Below, one piece after another: positions 1-8,968 of a stretch of 32,000 bases of DNA (positions within the stretch are counted from its first letter, which is position 1; every line of letters starts with the position of its first letter). The position numbers were made by a program, and so were the translations under genes. The DNA is from Pseudoalteromonas tetraodonis (GTDB taxonomy: Bacteria > Pseudomonadota > Gammaproteobacteria > Enterobacterales > Alteromonadaceae), in the NCBI RefSeq assembly GCF_002310835.1, contig NZ_CP011041.1, positions 2,550,001-2,582,000 of the forward strand, written 5' to 3'. The notes under the pieces were generated by a model. The model had not been told where the DNA came from, made no database searches, and saw only the letters and a list, made by a program, of their open reading frames with translations.

Positions 1-149
1 CGTTCACGTTCAATATCCATTGAATCCAGAACTTGCTTCTGCATTTCACGGTCGGTTAAACCACCACAAACTTGGATCAAACGGTCAGAAAGGGTCGATT
101 TACCATGGTCAATGTGGGCGATGATCGAAAAATTACGGATATGCTTCAT
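1..149 (-). CDS. lepA: Elongation factor 4 (LepA), N-terminal fragment running off the window
   Basis: The reverse strand reads [30 protein letters not shown]..., with the GTPase G1 motif [12 protein letters not shown] is at 147-149. Its position downstream of rseC matches the conserved rpoE-rseABC-lepA order. Confidence 0.9.
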   Translation of the reverse strand, partial: MKHIRNFSIIAHIDHGKSTLSDRLIQVCGGLTDREMQKQVLDSMDIERE

Positions 150-200
150 AAACTGGATTCTAAACTTCTATTTTAAAAGACTAAGGCCATATGCCTAAAT

Positions 201-233
201 AACTTGAAAATACTTGCTGTGTATTTTCAAGTT
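201..233 (-). terminator. Hairpin between rseC and lepA, a possible operon terminator or attenuator
   Basis: Perfect 13-bp inverted repeat AACTTGAAAATAC / GTATTTTCAAGTT with a 7-nt loop. The stem is AT-rich and the following T-tract on the minus strand is poor. Confidence 0.3.
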
Positions 234-271
234 ACTGTGGCATAAAAACGCAATTTTACATTTAATTGGCG

Positions 272-721
272 TCAATCACCATCTATTTGAGTTAAAGGGA
301 GGCTAATTGGATGAATTTTTATCACTTTTATCTCATGTCTTAATGATTTCACCCATGTTTTAGCAATTAAAAAGCCGGTGATCCCACCCAATATCGCGGC
401 TAAAATTTGCCAGCCTTCGGCTAACAATATCAATTCACTGGCTATTAAAGCGAATATTAAACTCAAAAACAAAGGCAGCATGTAAACTGCAAAGGCATGC
501 TTTACAACATGGCTATCATCCAATGACAAAGTTACTTTTTGGCCTATTTCTAACTGTGTTTCAAATTTATAAGGTAATGTTTTTTTGGCGGTACCAAATA
601 ACTTACTAAACACTTGTGAGCCACAACGTCCATTACAGCCTTCACAGGCCTGTTTTTGTTGGGCTTCTAAATGCGCAACGTGGCCACTAAGGGCCACGAC
701 GGTTAACGTTTGTTCAATCAT
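272..721 (-). CDS. rseC: SoxR-reducing system / sigma-E regulatory protein RseC
   Basis: 149 aa. N-terminal Cys cluster (CEGCNGRCGS) followed by two hydrophobic helices, as in RseC. It is the last gene of the rpoE operon. Confidence 0.85.
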   Translation of the reverse strand: MIEQTLTVVALSGHVAHLEAQQKQACEGCNGRCGSQVFSKLFGTAKKTLPYKFETQLEIGQKVTLSLDDSHVVKHAFAVYMLPLFLSLIFALIASELILLAEGWQILAAILGGITGFLIAKTWVKSLRHEIKVIKIHPISLPLTQIDGD

Positions 722-733
722 AGTTTAGTTACT

Positions 734-1687
734 TTATAATGCCCGCGATACAGACTCAGCAATGGCTTTGGCACTCATGGTTGGAATGTTTCCCACCACA
801 GAGACATCAAAATTTCCGCCGTTGTGTACATAAATCGTAGTTGCCCCTGAGGTGAGGGCACCGCTTAAACGCTTACCCGGTAGTGGTCGTTGTACAAACA
901 CCGATACTTCAACAAACCCATCAGAAAATAAATAATAATCTGTTAATTCATTATTTAAGTCGAGCTTATGCCTGTCTGACTTAAGTAATTCAAACCCCTC
1001 AGGTAACCAGCCAATAGTCCAGTTCATGGCATTCGCTTTAGTTTGTTCATCAATTGAATTGGCAGGTAATGGGGTTGGAAAGTTACGATTAAGCACTTCT
1101 AATAATAAGTTTGCCGGTTGCTCAGTCACGCTAATATGAGTGAGCTGTAATTGCTCAAGCGCTTCACCTTGATGATTAACATACGCCGCTTTTAATAATA
1201 ACGACGACTCAGTATCAATCCATATCCAATAGTTGTATTTATCTTCGTTTTTAGATTCAATTCGAACTAATTGCGCAGGACGCCCAGCAATACGGCCTTT
1301 ACCACCAAGCACAAAATCATAATGCGCACTTAAGCGGTTAATATCTTTAAAAAGCACTTCAGGAATAGGGCCGGCAATTGAGTCGGTTGTTAGTGAATAC
1401 GGCTCTGATTGTGGCTCAAAATAGGTAACTTGGTTGTCAATGCGGATCATTTCAAGGCCAGCACCGTTGAGTAAACTCAAATGCTCAAGCTCAACGTCCC
1501 CCTGTTTAGCATGCACCCAACGGTAGGGCTCCATACTTTTGCCTTTAACAACAACAAAAGAGGCATCAAAATTACGTGTATGAACTGCACTGGCCATTTC
1601 AAGCAGTAAATCTTTAGCGGGGTTTGTGTCATTGGCAAAAGCATTAAAACTTAACACCAACGACATAACAAAAGTTATTACTTTCAT
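734..1687 (-). CDS. rseB: Sigma-E regulatory protein RseB (MucB family), periplasmic
   Basis: 317 aa with a signal peptide (MKVITFVMSLVLSFNAFA). Size and position between rseA and rseC fit RseB. Confidence 0.88.
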   Translation of the reverse strand: MKVITFVMSLVLSFNAFANDTNPAKDLLLEMASAVHTRNFDASFVVVKGKSMEPYRWVHAKQGDVELEHLSLLNGAGLEMIRIDNQVTYFEPQSEPYSLTTDSIAGPIPEVLFKDINRLSAHYDFVLGGKGRIAGRPAQLVRIESKNEDKYNYWIWIDTESSLLLKAAYVNHQGEALEQLQLTHISVTEQPANLLLEVLNRNFPTPLPANSIDEQTKANAMNWTIGWLPEGFELLKSDRHKLDLNNELTDYYLFSDGFVEVSVFVQRPLPGKRLSGALTSGATTIYVHNGGNFDVSVVGNIPTMSAKAIAESVSRAL

Positions 1688-1691
1688 CTAA

Positions 1692-2306
1692 TTAGTTTTT
1701 TTCCTCTTGTGACGTTTCATCTGTTTTCGCAGTTTTCAACGAATGAGCCACACGTGCTTGACGCTGGTGTTCAAGTACTAGAGCGCCAATACGTTGCTGT
1801 TGAAGCTCTCGTAAGCCTTGCTCTGCGTTCTCTAGCGCCGGTGCTGATGAATAACTCACTGGCGATGCCATGCCGGTTAACGGCGTGGTTTGTAATAAAG
1901 GAATTTCGTTTTGCACAGCATCTTCACCTTGCGGCAAGGTGTTCACGCCAACAATAGTAAACATTGCCACGCTAGCTGCAATTGCTAACTGCGCAACCGG
2001 CTTGCGCCAATTAAACGCCACGATTTTATTATCGGCTTCAGTATTTACCGGCTTTGCCACACTTTCAGACTGGCTAAAGTCTGCATAAACCGGCTCACTA
2101 TCAAGTGCTAACGAAATGCGATCGCTAATATCAAAATCCATATTTTTGTTGTTTTCTTTAGCTCGCATTGCATCACCGATTAACGCGTAACGGCCAAATG
2201 TAGCTACATCAGCAGATGCAATCTCGGCATCATTTAATGCTTGCTCACCGTCAAGTAATGCTGATAACGATTCGTTATCTAAGCGGTTAACGTGTGCTTT
2301 TGTCAT
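1692..2306 (-). CDS. rseA: Anti-sigma-E factor RseA
   Basis: 204 aa. N-terminal LSALLDGE motif typical of RseA and a central TM segment (VAQLAIAASVAMFTIVGV). It starts 1 nt after the rpoE stop. Confidence 0.85.
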   Translation of the reverse strand: MTKAHVNRLDNESLSALLDGEQALNDAEIASADVATFGRYALIGDAMRAKENNKNMDFDISDRISLALDSEPVYADFSQSESVAKPVNTEADNKIVAFNWRKPVAQLAIAASVAMFTIVGVNTLPQGEDAVQNEIPLLQTTPLTGMASPVSYSSAPALENAEQGLRELQQQRIGALVLEHQRQARVAHSLKTAKTDETSQEEKN

Positions 2307-2307
2307 A

Positions 2308-2889
2308 CTAAGACTCGCCTATTAATGGGTTTAATTTGTTATCAATTGCTTCACGGGCACGAAAAATACGCGAACGCACCGTCCCGACTGGGCAATCCAT
2401 CACCACGGCTATTTCTTCATAGCTCATCCCCTCAATTTCTCTAAGGGTAATCGCGGTTTTAAGATCTTCAGGCAAACTATCAATCGTATTAAAAATAACA
2501 GCGCGTACTTCTTCGCTTAATAGTAAATTTTCAGGTGATGCGTTTGAACGCATTGAATCAGCACCCTCATAAAACTCGGCATCGTCAGCATCTATATCAT
2601 TTGCTGGCGGTTTACGCCCTTGAGCCACTAAGTAATTTTTAGCACAATTAACGGCGATACGGTAAAGCCAAGTATAAAAAGCACTGTCACCACGAAAATT
2701 AGGAAGGGCACGATACGCTTTAATAAACGCCTCTTGTGCTACATCAGCAATGTCACCCTGATTTGATACATAACGTGAGATCAAACCGGCAATCTTGTTC
2801 TGATACTTCTTAACTAATAGGTTAAAGGCGTTTTTATCTCCCTGCTGAACCCTTTTCACTAACGCTAAATCTAATTCCTGCTCGCTCAT
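2308..2889 (-). CDS. rpoE: RNA polymerase sigma-E (ECF sigma-24)
   Basis: MSEQELDLALVKRVQQGDKNAFNLLVKKYQ... aligns by eye with the E. coli RpoE N-terminus. I chose the ATG at 2887-2889 rather than the ORF-track start at 2949, because the predicted sigma-E promoter would place the transcription start near 2949. Confidence 0.92.
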   Translation of the reverse strand: MSEQELDLALVKRVQQGDKNAFNLLVKKYQNKIAGLISRYVSNQGDIADVAQEAFIKAYRALPNFRGDSAFYTWLYRIAVNCAKNYLVAQGRKPPANDIDADDAEFYEGADSMRSNASPENLLLSEEVRAVIFNTIDSLPEDLKTAITLREIEGMSYEEIAVVMDCPVGTVRSRIFRAREAIDNKLNPLIGES

Positions 2890-2955
2890 TCGAGCCGGTA
2901 CTCCTCTGATTGATTCTTGCTTATTATTCATAGTGTCGCCATTGTTCACACCTAC

Positions 2956-2982
2956 TCTGACCCTTAGATGAATAAAAAGTTC
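2956..2982 (-). promoter_or_regulatory. Candidate sigma-E-dependent autoregulated promoter of rpoE
   Basis: The minus strand reads GAACTT-N16-TCAGA (GAACTT TTTATTCATCTAAGGG TCAGA). This is close to the sigma-E consensus GGAACTT-N16-TCNAA and lies about 65-90 nt upstream of the 2889 start. Confidence 0.5.
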
Positions 2983-3134
2983 TGCTTCATATTGTTTTTT
3001 TATAAAATAGCTAAAAAATTACGTATTTATACGCTAAAACCACTTAGTAGTAGTTCAACAAATATGGTACAACTATAAGTATTAAAAATAAATATTGCTC
3101 TATCTGAGCATTGTAACCGCAAAGTACCTCACAG

Positions 3135-4745
3135 ATGAACCAAAATAAACATCACATTACCGATGTCGCTATTATTGGTAGCGGCGCAGCAGGCTTATCA
3201 CTTGCTTTATCTTTGGCTAATTACTGTAACGTTACCGTAATTAGTAAAGGTGAATTAACCGAAGGTTCTACTCTTTATGCCCAAGGCGGAATTGCCGCTG
3301 TTTTTGATAAAAAAAATGACAGTATAGAGTCTCACGTTGAAGATACCTTAGACGCCGGTGGCGGTTTATGCGACAGAGAGGCGGTTCATTATACTGCCAG
3401 CAATGCTCATGACTGCCTGCAATGGCTGATTGACCAAGGCGTGCCTTTTGATATGGAGTTTGATAGCAAAGGTAAAGAGCGCTTTCATTTAACTCGTGAA
3501 GGTGGGCATAGCCACCGACGCATTTTGCATGCAGCCGATGCCACAGGCAAAGCTGTGCAAACAACCTTGATTAGCCAAGTTCAAGCGCACAGCAATATCA
3601 CCTTGTTAGAGCATTACAACGCGATTGATTTAATTACCGATAAAAGTATTGGCAAAACGGGCACACATGTTCATGGCATGTATGTGTGGAATAAAAAAGC
3701 CAAAAAAGTAGAAACAATTGGCGCAAAATTTGTTGCCCTAGCAACGGGTGGCGCAAGTAAAGTATACCTTTATACCTCTAACCCTGATGTTTCTAGCGGT
3801 GATGGTATTGCCATGGCATGGCGTGCAGGGTGTCGCGTTGCTAATATGGAATTTAATCAATTTCATCCAACCAGTCTTTATCACCCTGAGTTGCAAAACT
3901 TTTTAATTACCGAAGCAATGCGTGGTGAGGGAGCCTATTTAAAACGCCCTGATGGCACGCGATTCATGAAAGAGTTTGATGAGCGAGAAGAACTCGCCCC
4001 GCGCGACATAGTCGCGCGCGCTATCGATTTTGAAATGAAGCGCCTTGGTGCAAATTGCTTATATTTAGATATTAGCCACAAAGACAAAGATTTTATTATT
4101 GAACACTTCCCAACGATTTACGCCAAATGTTTAAGCGTAGGGCTTGATATCACCAAGGAGGCAATTCCTGTTGTCCCTGCTGCGCATTATACCTGTGGCG
4201 GCGTTATGACCGACTTTAATGGCAAAACCGACTTAGCTAATTTATACGCTGTGGGTGAAGTGGCTTACACTGGGTTGCACGGTGCTAACCGTATGGCAAG
4301 TAACTCATTATTAGAGTGCATTGTATTTGCCCATGCAGCAGCAAAAGACATTTTGAGTAAAATAGAGACCGCTCCTGCACTGGTTGAGTTACCTAGTTGG
4401 GATGAAAGCCGCGTATCTAACTCAGATGAAGAAATCGTGATCACCCATAACTGGCATGAGCTGCGATTATTTATGTGGGATTATGTTGGGATTGTGCGCT
4501 CAACCAAACGACTTGAACGCGCGCTTCATCGTGTTGAACTATTACAGCAAGAAATCCACGATTACTACGCGAACTTTAGAGTGAGTAATAACTTACTTGA
4601 GTTACGTAACTTAGTTCAAGTAGCCGAGCTTATAATTAGAAGTGCTATGGAACGTAAAGAAAGTCGCGGACTGCACTTTACCATTGACTACCCAGAGCAA
4701 AACGAAAATCCAACGCCAACTATTTTGACTCCAAAGCGCAATTAA
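3135..4745 (+). CDS. nadB: L-aspartate oxidase
   Basis: 536 aa. FAD-binding GSGAAGLS motif at the N-terminus and fumarate-reductase/succinate-dehydrogenase-like flavoprotein motifs ([18 protein letters not shown]). Divergent from rpoE, as in enterics. Confidence 0.95.
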   Translation: MNQNKHHITDVAIIGSGAAGLSLALSLANYCNVTVISKGELTEGSTLYAQGGIAAVFDKKNDSIESHVEDTLDAGGGLCDREAVHYTASNAHDCLQWLIDQGVPFDMEFDSKGKERFHLTREGGHSHRRILHAADATGKAVQTTLISQVQAHSNITLLEHYNAIDLITDKSIGKTGTHVHGMYVWNKKAKKVETIGAKFVALATGGASKVYLYTSNPDVSSGDGIAMAWRAGCRVANMEFNQFHPTSLYHPELQNFLITEAMRGEGAYLKRPDGTRFMKEFDEREELAPRDIVARAIDFEMKRLGANCLYLDISHKDKDFIIEHFPTIYAKCLSVGLDITKEAIPVVPAAHYTCGGVMTDFNGKTDLANLYAVGEVAYTGLHGANRMASNSLLECIVFAHAAAKDILSKIETAPALVELPSWDESRVSNSDEEIVITHNWHELRLFMWDYVGIVRSTKRLERALHRVELLQQEIHDYYANFRVSNNLLELRNLVQVAELIIRSAMERKESRGLHFTIDYPEQNENPTPTILTPKRN

Positions 4746-5139
4746 TTGCCGCAAGTGTTGCCCGTTTTAAACGCGTGTAGCTTTGCTCATCAACACTATT
4801 GGCTGAGATAATCAGCCAATAGTTTTCACTAAAGCCATTAATATACAACCACACACTGCGACCAAGTAATCGGCTTTGCTTACCAATAACCCCTTGAATT
4901 AGCAGCTTTTCATTCTCAAAACGAAATTGATTTGGCTCTAATAATATAACGCCCTGCTCTGGCTGAGCAGCCACGATTTTTCGCCAAACGATAATGCCAG
5001 CAACGATATTAAGCGCAATGCAAAAAAGAGTTGCCAAAATAGAAGTGGTAAATAAGCATAATATTAAAGTTAGCACACAAAAAAAGACCACAATCTGTTT
5101 GTGGTCTGTCTGATTATTTGTGACGGTAAACCTATACAC
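4720..5139 (-). CDS. YgfX/CptA-like inner-membrane protein (DUF1434-like)
   Basis: 139 aa with two adjacent TM helices, then a soluble tail with [20 protein letters not shown] resembling the YgfX C-terminus. It overlaps the sdhE stop by 8 nt, matching the conserved sdhE-ygfX pairing. Confidence 0.6.
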   Translation of the reverse strand: MYRFTVTNNQTDHKQIVVFFCVLTLILCLFTTSILATLFCIALNIVAGIIVWRKIVAAQPEQGVILLEPNQFRFENEKLLIQGVIGKQSRLLGRSVWLYINGFSENYWLIISANSVDEQSYTRLKRATLAAINCALESK

Positions 5140-5383
5140 GAACTCGGTCTAAAATTAGCTCAACCATACTGTTTAGCTCAACGTCTTTACATTTTTCATG
5201 GCCCATAAACCAAGCAAATAAATCTGGGTCTTCTTGTGTTAATAAGCGCTGAAAAGTCGCCTGCTGTTTAGCATCTAACGAATCATAAGCTTCTTCAACA
5301 AACGGCATAAACAAAACATCTAGTTCTAACATGCCACGGCGGCAAGCCCAACGGATACGTGCTTTACTATGTATTTCAACCAT
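5132..5383 (-). CDS. sdhE: FAD assembly factor SdhE (YgfY)
   Basis: KARIRWACRRGMLELD...DPDLFAWFMGH matches the SdhE signature region. I chose the second ATG (5381-5383) because GAGG lies 6 nt upstream of it. The ORF-track start is 5395. Confidence 0.85.
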   Translation of the reverse strand: MVEIHSKARIRWACRRGMLELDVLFMPFVEEAYDSLDAKQQATFQRLLTQEDPDLFAWFMGHEKCKDVELNSMVELILDRVRV

Positions 5384-5535
5384 TTTAAACCTCATATTTA
5401 ATTAATTCGAGTTTAACAAATGCACGTTAATTTAACAGCACTAAATTATAAAAAAACAACGCTTGTTGGTGGCTGTACCATCGGCTTTAACTACGTTATT
5501 ATGTGGTTTCATTTGTTATTGCAAAGAAGGTGTTT

Positions 5536-6447
5536 ATGTCTCTGGTTTATGCATGTCCTTTATCACATCAGGTTATTAGCCTCTCAGGCACAGATAAATT
5601 ATCTTACCTACACGGACAAATCACTCAAGATCTCAATAAAATCAACAACAACAACTTTTTGTGGACAGGTCACTGTAGCGCAAAAGGTAAGCTGTGGGGT
5701 GTATTTAAGCTATTTTCTTACCAGCAAAACTATTATTTAACCGGATCAAGTGCTGAAGTAGAACGCTCACTGGCTGAGTTAAAAAAATACGCTGTATTTG
5801 CAAAAGTTGAAATTAATAAAGCCCCAGAGCGATTAATTGGTTTATTAGGTGATGACCTAACTGATTTGCTTACGCAACTTGATATTCACTTTAGTGACGA
5901 TGCCACAGCATGCGACTTTGCTAACGGCAAAGCCCTTAAACTTGCGCCAAACCGCGTTTTACTTATGGTTGATAGCCAATTTTGCTTACCTGATGAAGTA
6001 TCTACCCTCGACAACGACGCTATGTGGCAACAGGCCTCACTGCTAGCTGGTGAGCCTCAGTTAAGCGTTGATGCAATTGATGAGTATGTGCCGCAAATGG
6101 TTAACCTTCAAGCCATCAATGGCATCAGTTTTAAAAAGGGTTGCTACACCGGCCAAGAAACCGTCGCACGTATGAAATACTTAGGTAAAAATAAACGTGC
6201 CATGTATATCGTTACAGGGCAAAGTGAAGGATTGCTCGATGCACCCGATATCGAAACCCAGTTAGGTGAAAACTGGCGCCGCGCGGGCAAACTTATTGCG
6301 CAAAGCTTTAATGAAAAAACACACACTTTAACTGGCTTAGTTGTGTTGCCAAACGATACTGACACCGCTCAGGTTCTTCGTGCAAAACATACCCCTTCGG
6401 TAGAGCTAAACATTCTGCCTCTACCTTACTCTCTTGAAGATGAATAA
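5536..6447 (+). CDS. ygfZ: tRNA-modifying folate-binding protein YgfZ
   Basis: C-terminal KGCYTGQE motif typical of YgfZ/GcvT-like proteins. Divergent from sdhE, as in E. coli. The ATG at 5536 is preceded by AAGAAGG. The ORF-track start is 5503. Confidence 0.85.
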   Translation: MSLVYACPLSHQVISLSGTDKLSYLHGQITQDLNKINNNNFLWTGHCSAKGKLWGVFKLFSYQQNYYLTGSSAEVERSLAELKKYAVFAKVEINKAPERLIGLLGDDLTDLLTQLDIHFSDDATACDFANGKALKLAPNRVLLMVDSQFCLPDEVSTLDNDAMWQQASLLAGEPQLSVDAIDEYVPQMVNLQAINGISFKKGCYTGQETVARMKYLGKNKRAMYIVTGQSEGLLDAPDIETQLGENWRRAGKLIAQSFNEKTHTLTGLVVLPNDTDTAQVLRAKHTPSVELNILPLPYSLEDE

Positions 6448-6458
6448 TAGGAATGACT

Positions 6459-6944
6459 ATGATCGTTGCAGCAAATAAAGTGGTAAAAATGCATTACTCT
6501 GTACTAGATAATGACGGCAATACCATTGATAACTCATTTGGCGGTGAGCCATTAATTTTTATCGTTGGTACGGGTTACCTGATCTCAGGACTTGAAAACG
6601 CGCTGCAAGGCAAACAAGCTGGCGATACACTAAGTGTAAAAGTTGAACCTGAAGAAGGTTACGGTGAGCGTCATGATCACCTAATGCAAGCCGTGCCAAA
6701 ATCAATGTTTGAAGGCATGGACATTGAAGTGGGCATGCAATTTCGTGCAACCACCGATGACGGCGACCAGTCAGTCATGATCATCGATATTCAAGACGAA
6801 GAAGTGATTGTTGATGGTAACAACCCACTCGCTGGTATTACGCTCAATTTTGATGTAGAGATTTTAGAAGTACGCGATGCAACGGCTGAAGAGCTTGAGC
6901 ATGGCCATGTACATGGTGAAGGCGGTTGTGGTCACGACCACTAA
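6459..6944 (+). CDS. slyD: FKBP-type peptidyl-prolyl isomerase / metallochaperone SlyD
   Basis: FKBP fold with an IF-domain insertion and a His/Cys-rich tail (HGHVHGEGGCGHDH). The ATG at 6459 has AGGA 6 nt upstream. The ORF-track start is 6453. Confidence 0.9.
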   Translation: MIVAANKVVKMHYSVLDNDGNTIDNSFGGEPLIFIVGTGYLISGLENALQGKQAGDTLSVKVEPEEGYGERHDHLMQAVPKSMFEGMDIEVGMQFRATTDDGDQSVMIIDIQDEEVIVDGNNPLAGITLNFDVEILEVRDATAEELEHGHVHGEGGCGHDH

Positions 6945-6960
6945 GCCCTAATCCAGTAAT

Positions 6961-6987
6961 AAAAAAAGCGCCTCAGGCGCTTTTTTT
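6961..6987. terminator. Bidirectional rho-independent terminator
   Basis: A7-GCGCC-TCA-GGCGC-T7, lying between the convergent slyD and the 161-aa membrane protein gene. Confidence 0.85.
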
Positions 6988-7471
6988 ATAGCATATTATT
7001 ATGCGTACGTAATTTAACTTGAGGCTCTGCTGCTGGTGCTTCGCCAGGGGTTATTTTATCTTCAAGTGCAGCAACTAATCCGGCTTGGTCATTAGTGCCT
7101 AAGCGGTATTGGCTGCCATCTTTAAGCGTTAATTGCACGGCACTAAAGCCTGATACTGAATAAATCCAACCATCATGCGTAATGCGAATACCAATACCGT
7201 GACGGTATGAGTTTTGTACTGCTTTTACGTCAACTATGTCCTCTAGTGCTAATTTTTGACCCGCAACGCCTGGACCAAATGCCCAGCTAATATGGGCTTC
7301 ATCAACTTTAATGGTTAAACCATGAAATAAAAAACCCACCAGCAATAAAATACCTGCAAATACCATTAACGGCACATCGGCACCCATTAAATTCCATGCA
7401 AGTGCAACAAACCCACCTATCCATGCCAATACTACAAATATAAATATCGCATACTGCTTATGCTGATACAT
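6986..7471 (-). CDS. Hypothetical membrane protein (two N-terminal TM helices plus a small soluble domain)
   Basis: 161-aa ORF with two hydrophobic helices in the first 55 aa. I did not recognise a family. Confidence 0.6.
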   Translation of the reverse strand: MYQHKQYAIFIFVVLAWIGGFVALAWNLMGADVPLMVFAGILLLVGFLFHGLTIKVDEAHISWAFGPGVAGQKLALEDIVDVKAVQNSYRHGIGIRITHDGWIYSVSGFSAVQLTLKDGSQYRLGTNDQAGLVAALEDKITPGEAPAAEPQVKLRTHNNML

Positions 7472-7498
7472 AACACTCTCAATTAAAAAGTTAAAAAA

Positions 7499-8311
7499 TT
7501 AAAAACTGTATACTAACGTTGCGCTGAGCTCTGAATCATATTTAAGCTTATCTTCTTCAGGCTTAGAGTTATAACGGTACATATAAGCAAACTTGAGCGA
7601 TACAGCCCCAACCACTTGGCTAATTAAGGCGGTTTCTGACTTTAACCGTGAGTTAAGCCCAGATAAAGACTGCTCTATACTAATGTCTTGATTAAATCGG
7701 GTGCGCTTAGATACTAATCGCTCCCATTGCATGGCAATACGTAACAAGTAACCCATTTTGTCTTTATCGTCTTCGCTTATTGTTGACTCATCATCAGCAA
7801 CGGAGCGATATAAACCAGGGCCAATATCTATATCTACTTTATTTTTAACCCCTTGATAAATACGTGCACCATAACCGGTTGCCACCGTACTTTTAAAATC
7901 AAGACCGCTAAATTCATCCTCTTCATAATCGCCATAAATAAAGAAAGACGAATTTTTAACACCAACTTTATAGTTACCCTGCGCAGAAACAAACACGCGA
8001 TTAGCCGTAACATCCGACTGGCCCGTTTCTTCATTTTCGTCACGTTTGTATAAGGAATCTATTTTGAATTGATTACGCCAGTTTTCAAAATCTTGGTAAA
8101 GATTACCTTTGAGTTTAAAACTGGTTGAGTTGGTATTACCTTTACTTAAAATAAAACCAAACTCGGTATCACCATAAAGTACTTCGCCTTTGTGTAGCTC
8201 ATGAATTTCTTCATCAGAGAGCTCCCCATATTGATGAAAATCTTCAAAGGGATCTACTGCCCAGCTGTAGGAGCTAAATAATAAAAGCAGTAATACAACG
8301 TACTTTCGCAA
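7499..8311 (-). CDS. DUF481-like (YdiY-like) outer-membrane beta-barrel protein
   Basis: Signal peptide ...VVLLLLLFSSYSWA, GNTNS motif, alternating beta-strand pattern and C-terminal ...TLVYSF. I propose a TTG start at 8309-8311. The longer ORF to 8407 has no signal peptide at its N-terminus and overlaps the upstream gene. Confidence 0.6.
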   Translation of the reverse strand: MRKYVVLLLLLFSSYSWAVDPFEDFHQYGELSDEEIHELHKGEVLYGDTEFGFILSKGNTNSTSFKLKGNLYQDFENWRNQFKIDSLYKRDENEETGQSDVTANRVFVSAQGNYKVGVKNSSFFIYGDYEEDEFSGLDFKSTVATGYGARIYQGVKNKVDIDIGPGLYRSVADDESTISEDDKDKMGYLLRIAMQWERLVSKRTRFNQDISIEQSLSGLNSRLKSETALISQVVGAVSLKFAYMYRYNSKPEEDKLKYDSELSATLVYSF

Positions 8312-8357
8312 AATACATTCTCTTGCAAATGGTAATAATGAAAAGGGGCCGAAAAAG

Positions 8358-8678
8358 TTATTCACTTTCTTTCCATAAAATATGGCAAAAAGGCGCGTCT
8401 TTATCACGGCTAATTAAAATTTTCGCAAATAAGACGTCTTCGTTATCAAACTCAAGGCCTACTAATACTTGAATAAAATGCTCAGGCTCTATTTCTAGTG
8501 CAACAAAATCTTGCCACTGTTCATCGGGCTCATCTTCTTCAATAAAGCCAAGTTCTTCACGATGCAGGTTAAATTCTTCAACATCTTTATCACTCAGGTT
8601 GTTGGGAGCCAGCTCCAAAAAAATATCATAAGCTTGATGGGTTGCTTCTTCTACCGTAAATAAACGTGGACCTGACAT
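8358..8678 (-). CDS. yciU: dsDNA-mimic protein (YciU / HI1450 family)
   Basis: 106 aa and highly acidic. EEATHQAYDIFLELAPNNL...FAKILISRDKDAPFCHILWKE aligns by eye with E. coli YciU (EQAYDIFLELAADNL...[21 protein letters not shown]). Confidence 0.8.
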   Translation of the reverse strand: MSGPRLFTVEEATHQAYDIFLELAPNNLSDKDVEEFNLHREELGFIEEDEPDEQWQDFVALEIEPEHFIQVLVGLEFDNEDVLFAKILISRDKDAPFCHILWKESE

Positions 8679-8816
8679 GAGTGGTTAACCTCTGAGCTTT
8701 TAAGTTGGCGCCATAATATCAAAAGTTGTTAGTGTTTTGATAAAAAAAACACGTTAAATACTGACTTTTTTACTTTTACCTAATACTTATAGATATTAAT
8801 GGATTGGTTAGCATTA

Positions 8817-8865
8817 GGGTCTGTTGGCCTTTCAAGATTAAGTTTGCCTTGAAAGATAACAGACC
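8817..8865 (+). repeat. Palindromic intergenic repeat, copy 1 (REP/MITE-like)
   Basis: GGGTCTGTTGGCCTTTCAAG...CTTGAAAGATAACAGACC with nested inverted repeats. It is clearly similar by eye to the reverse complement of 18218-18274. Confidence 0.65.
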
Positions 8866-8968
8866 GCAATTGCATTAAAAAATTCACTTTGTTTTTTATT
8901 CATCTTCATCCACTTTACTTAGCACGAATAAAAACATAAGCTCAAGTAACAGGTCAGAGGAGTGCGAG

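Noticed and set aside
1709-2088. Two plus-strand ORFs (82 and 72 aa) inside rseA
   Set aside because: They are antisense to rseA within a tightly packed, conserved operon. They have no ribosome-binding sites and no recognisable domains.
5420-5740. 106-aa plus-strand ORF overlapping the ygfZ start
   Set aside because: It is out of frame with ygfZ, which has clear family motifs. The product is hydrophobic and low-complexity, and it would begin inside the divergent promoter region.
8312-8407. N-terminal extension of the DUF481-like ORF (ATG at 8407)
   Set aside because: The extension overlaps the yciU-like gene by 50 nt and would bury the signal peptide about 35 residues inside the protein. 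A TTG at 8311 gives a canonical signal peptide. The exact start remains uncertain.
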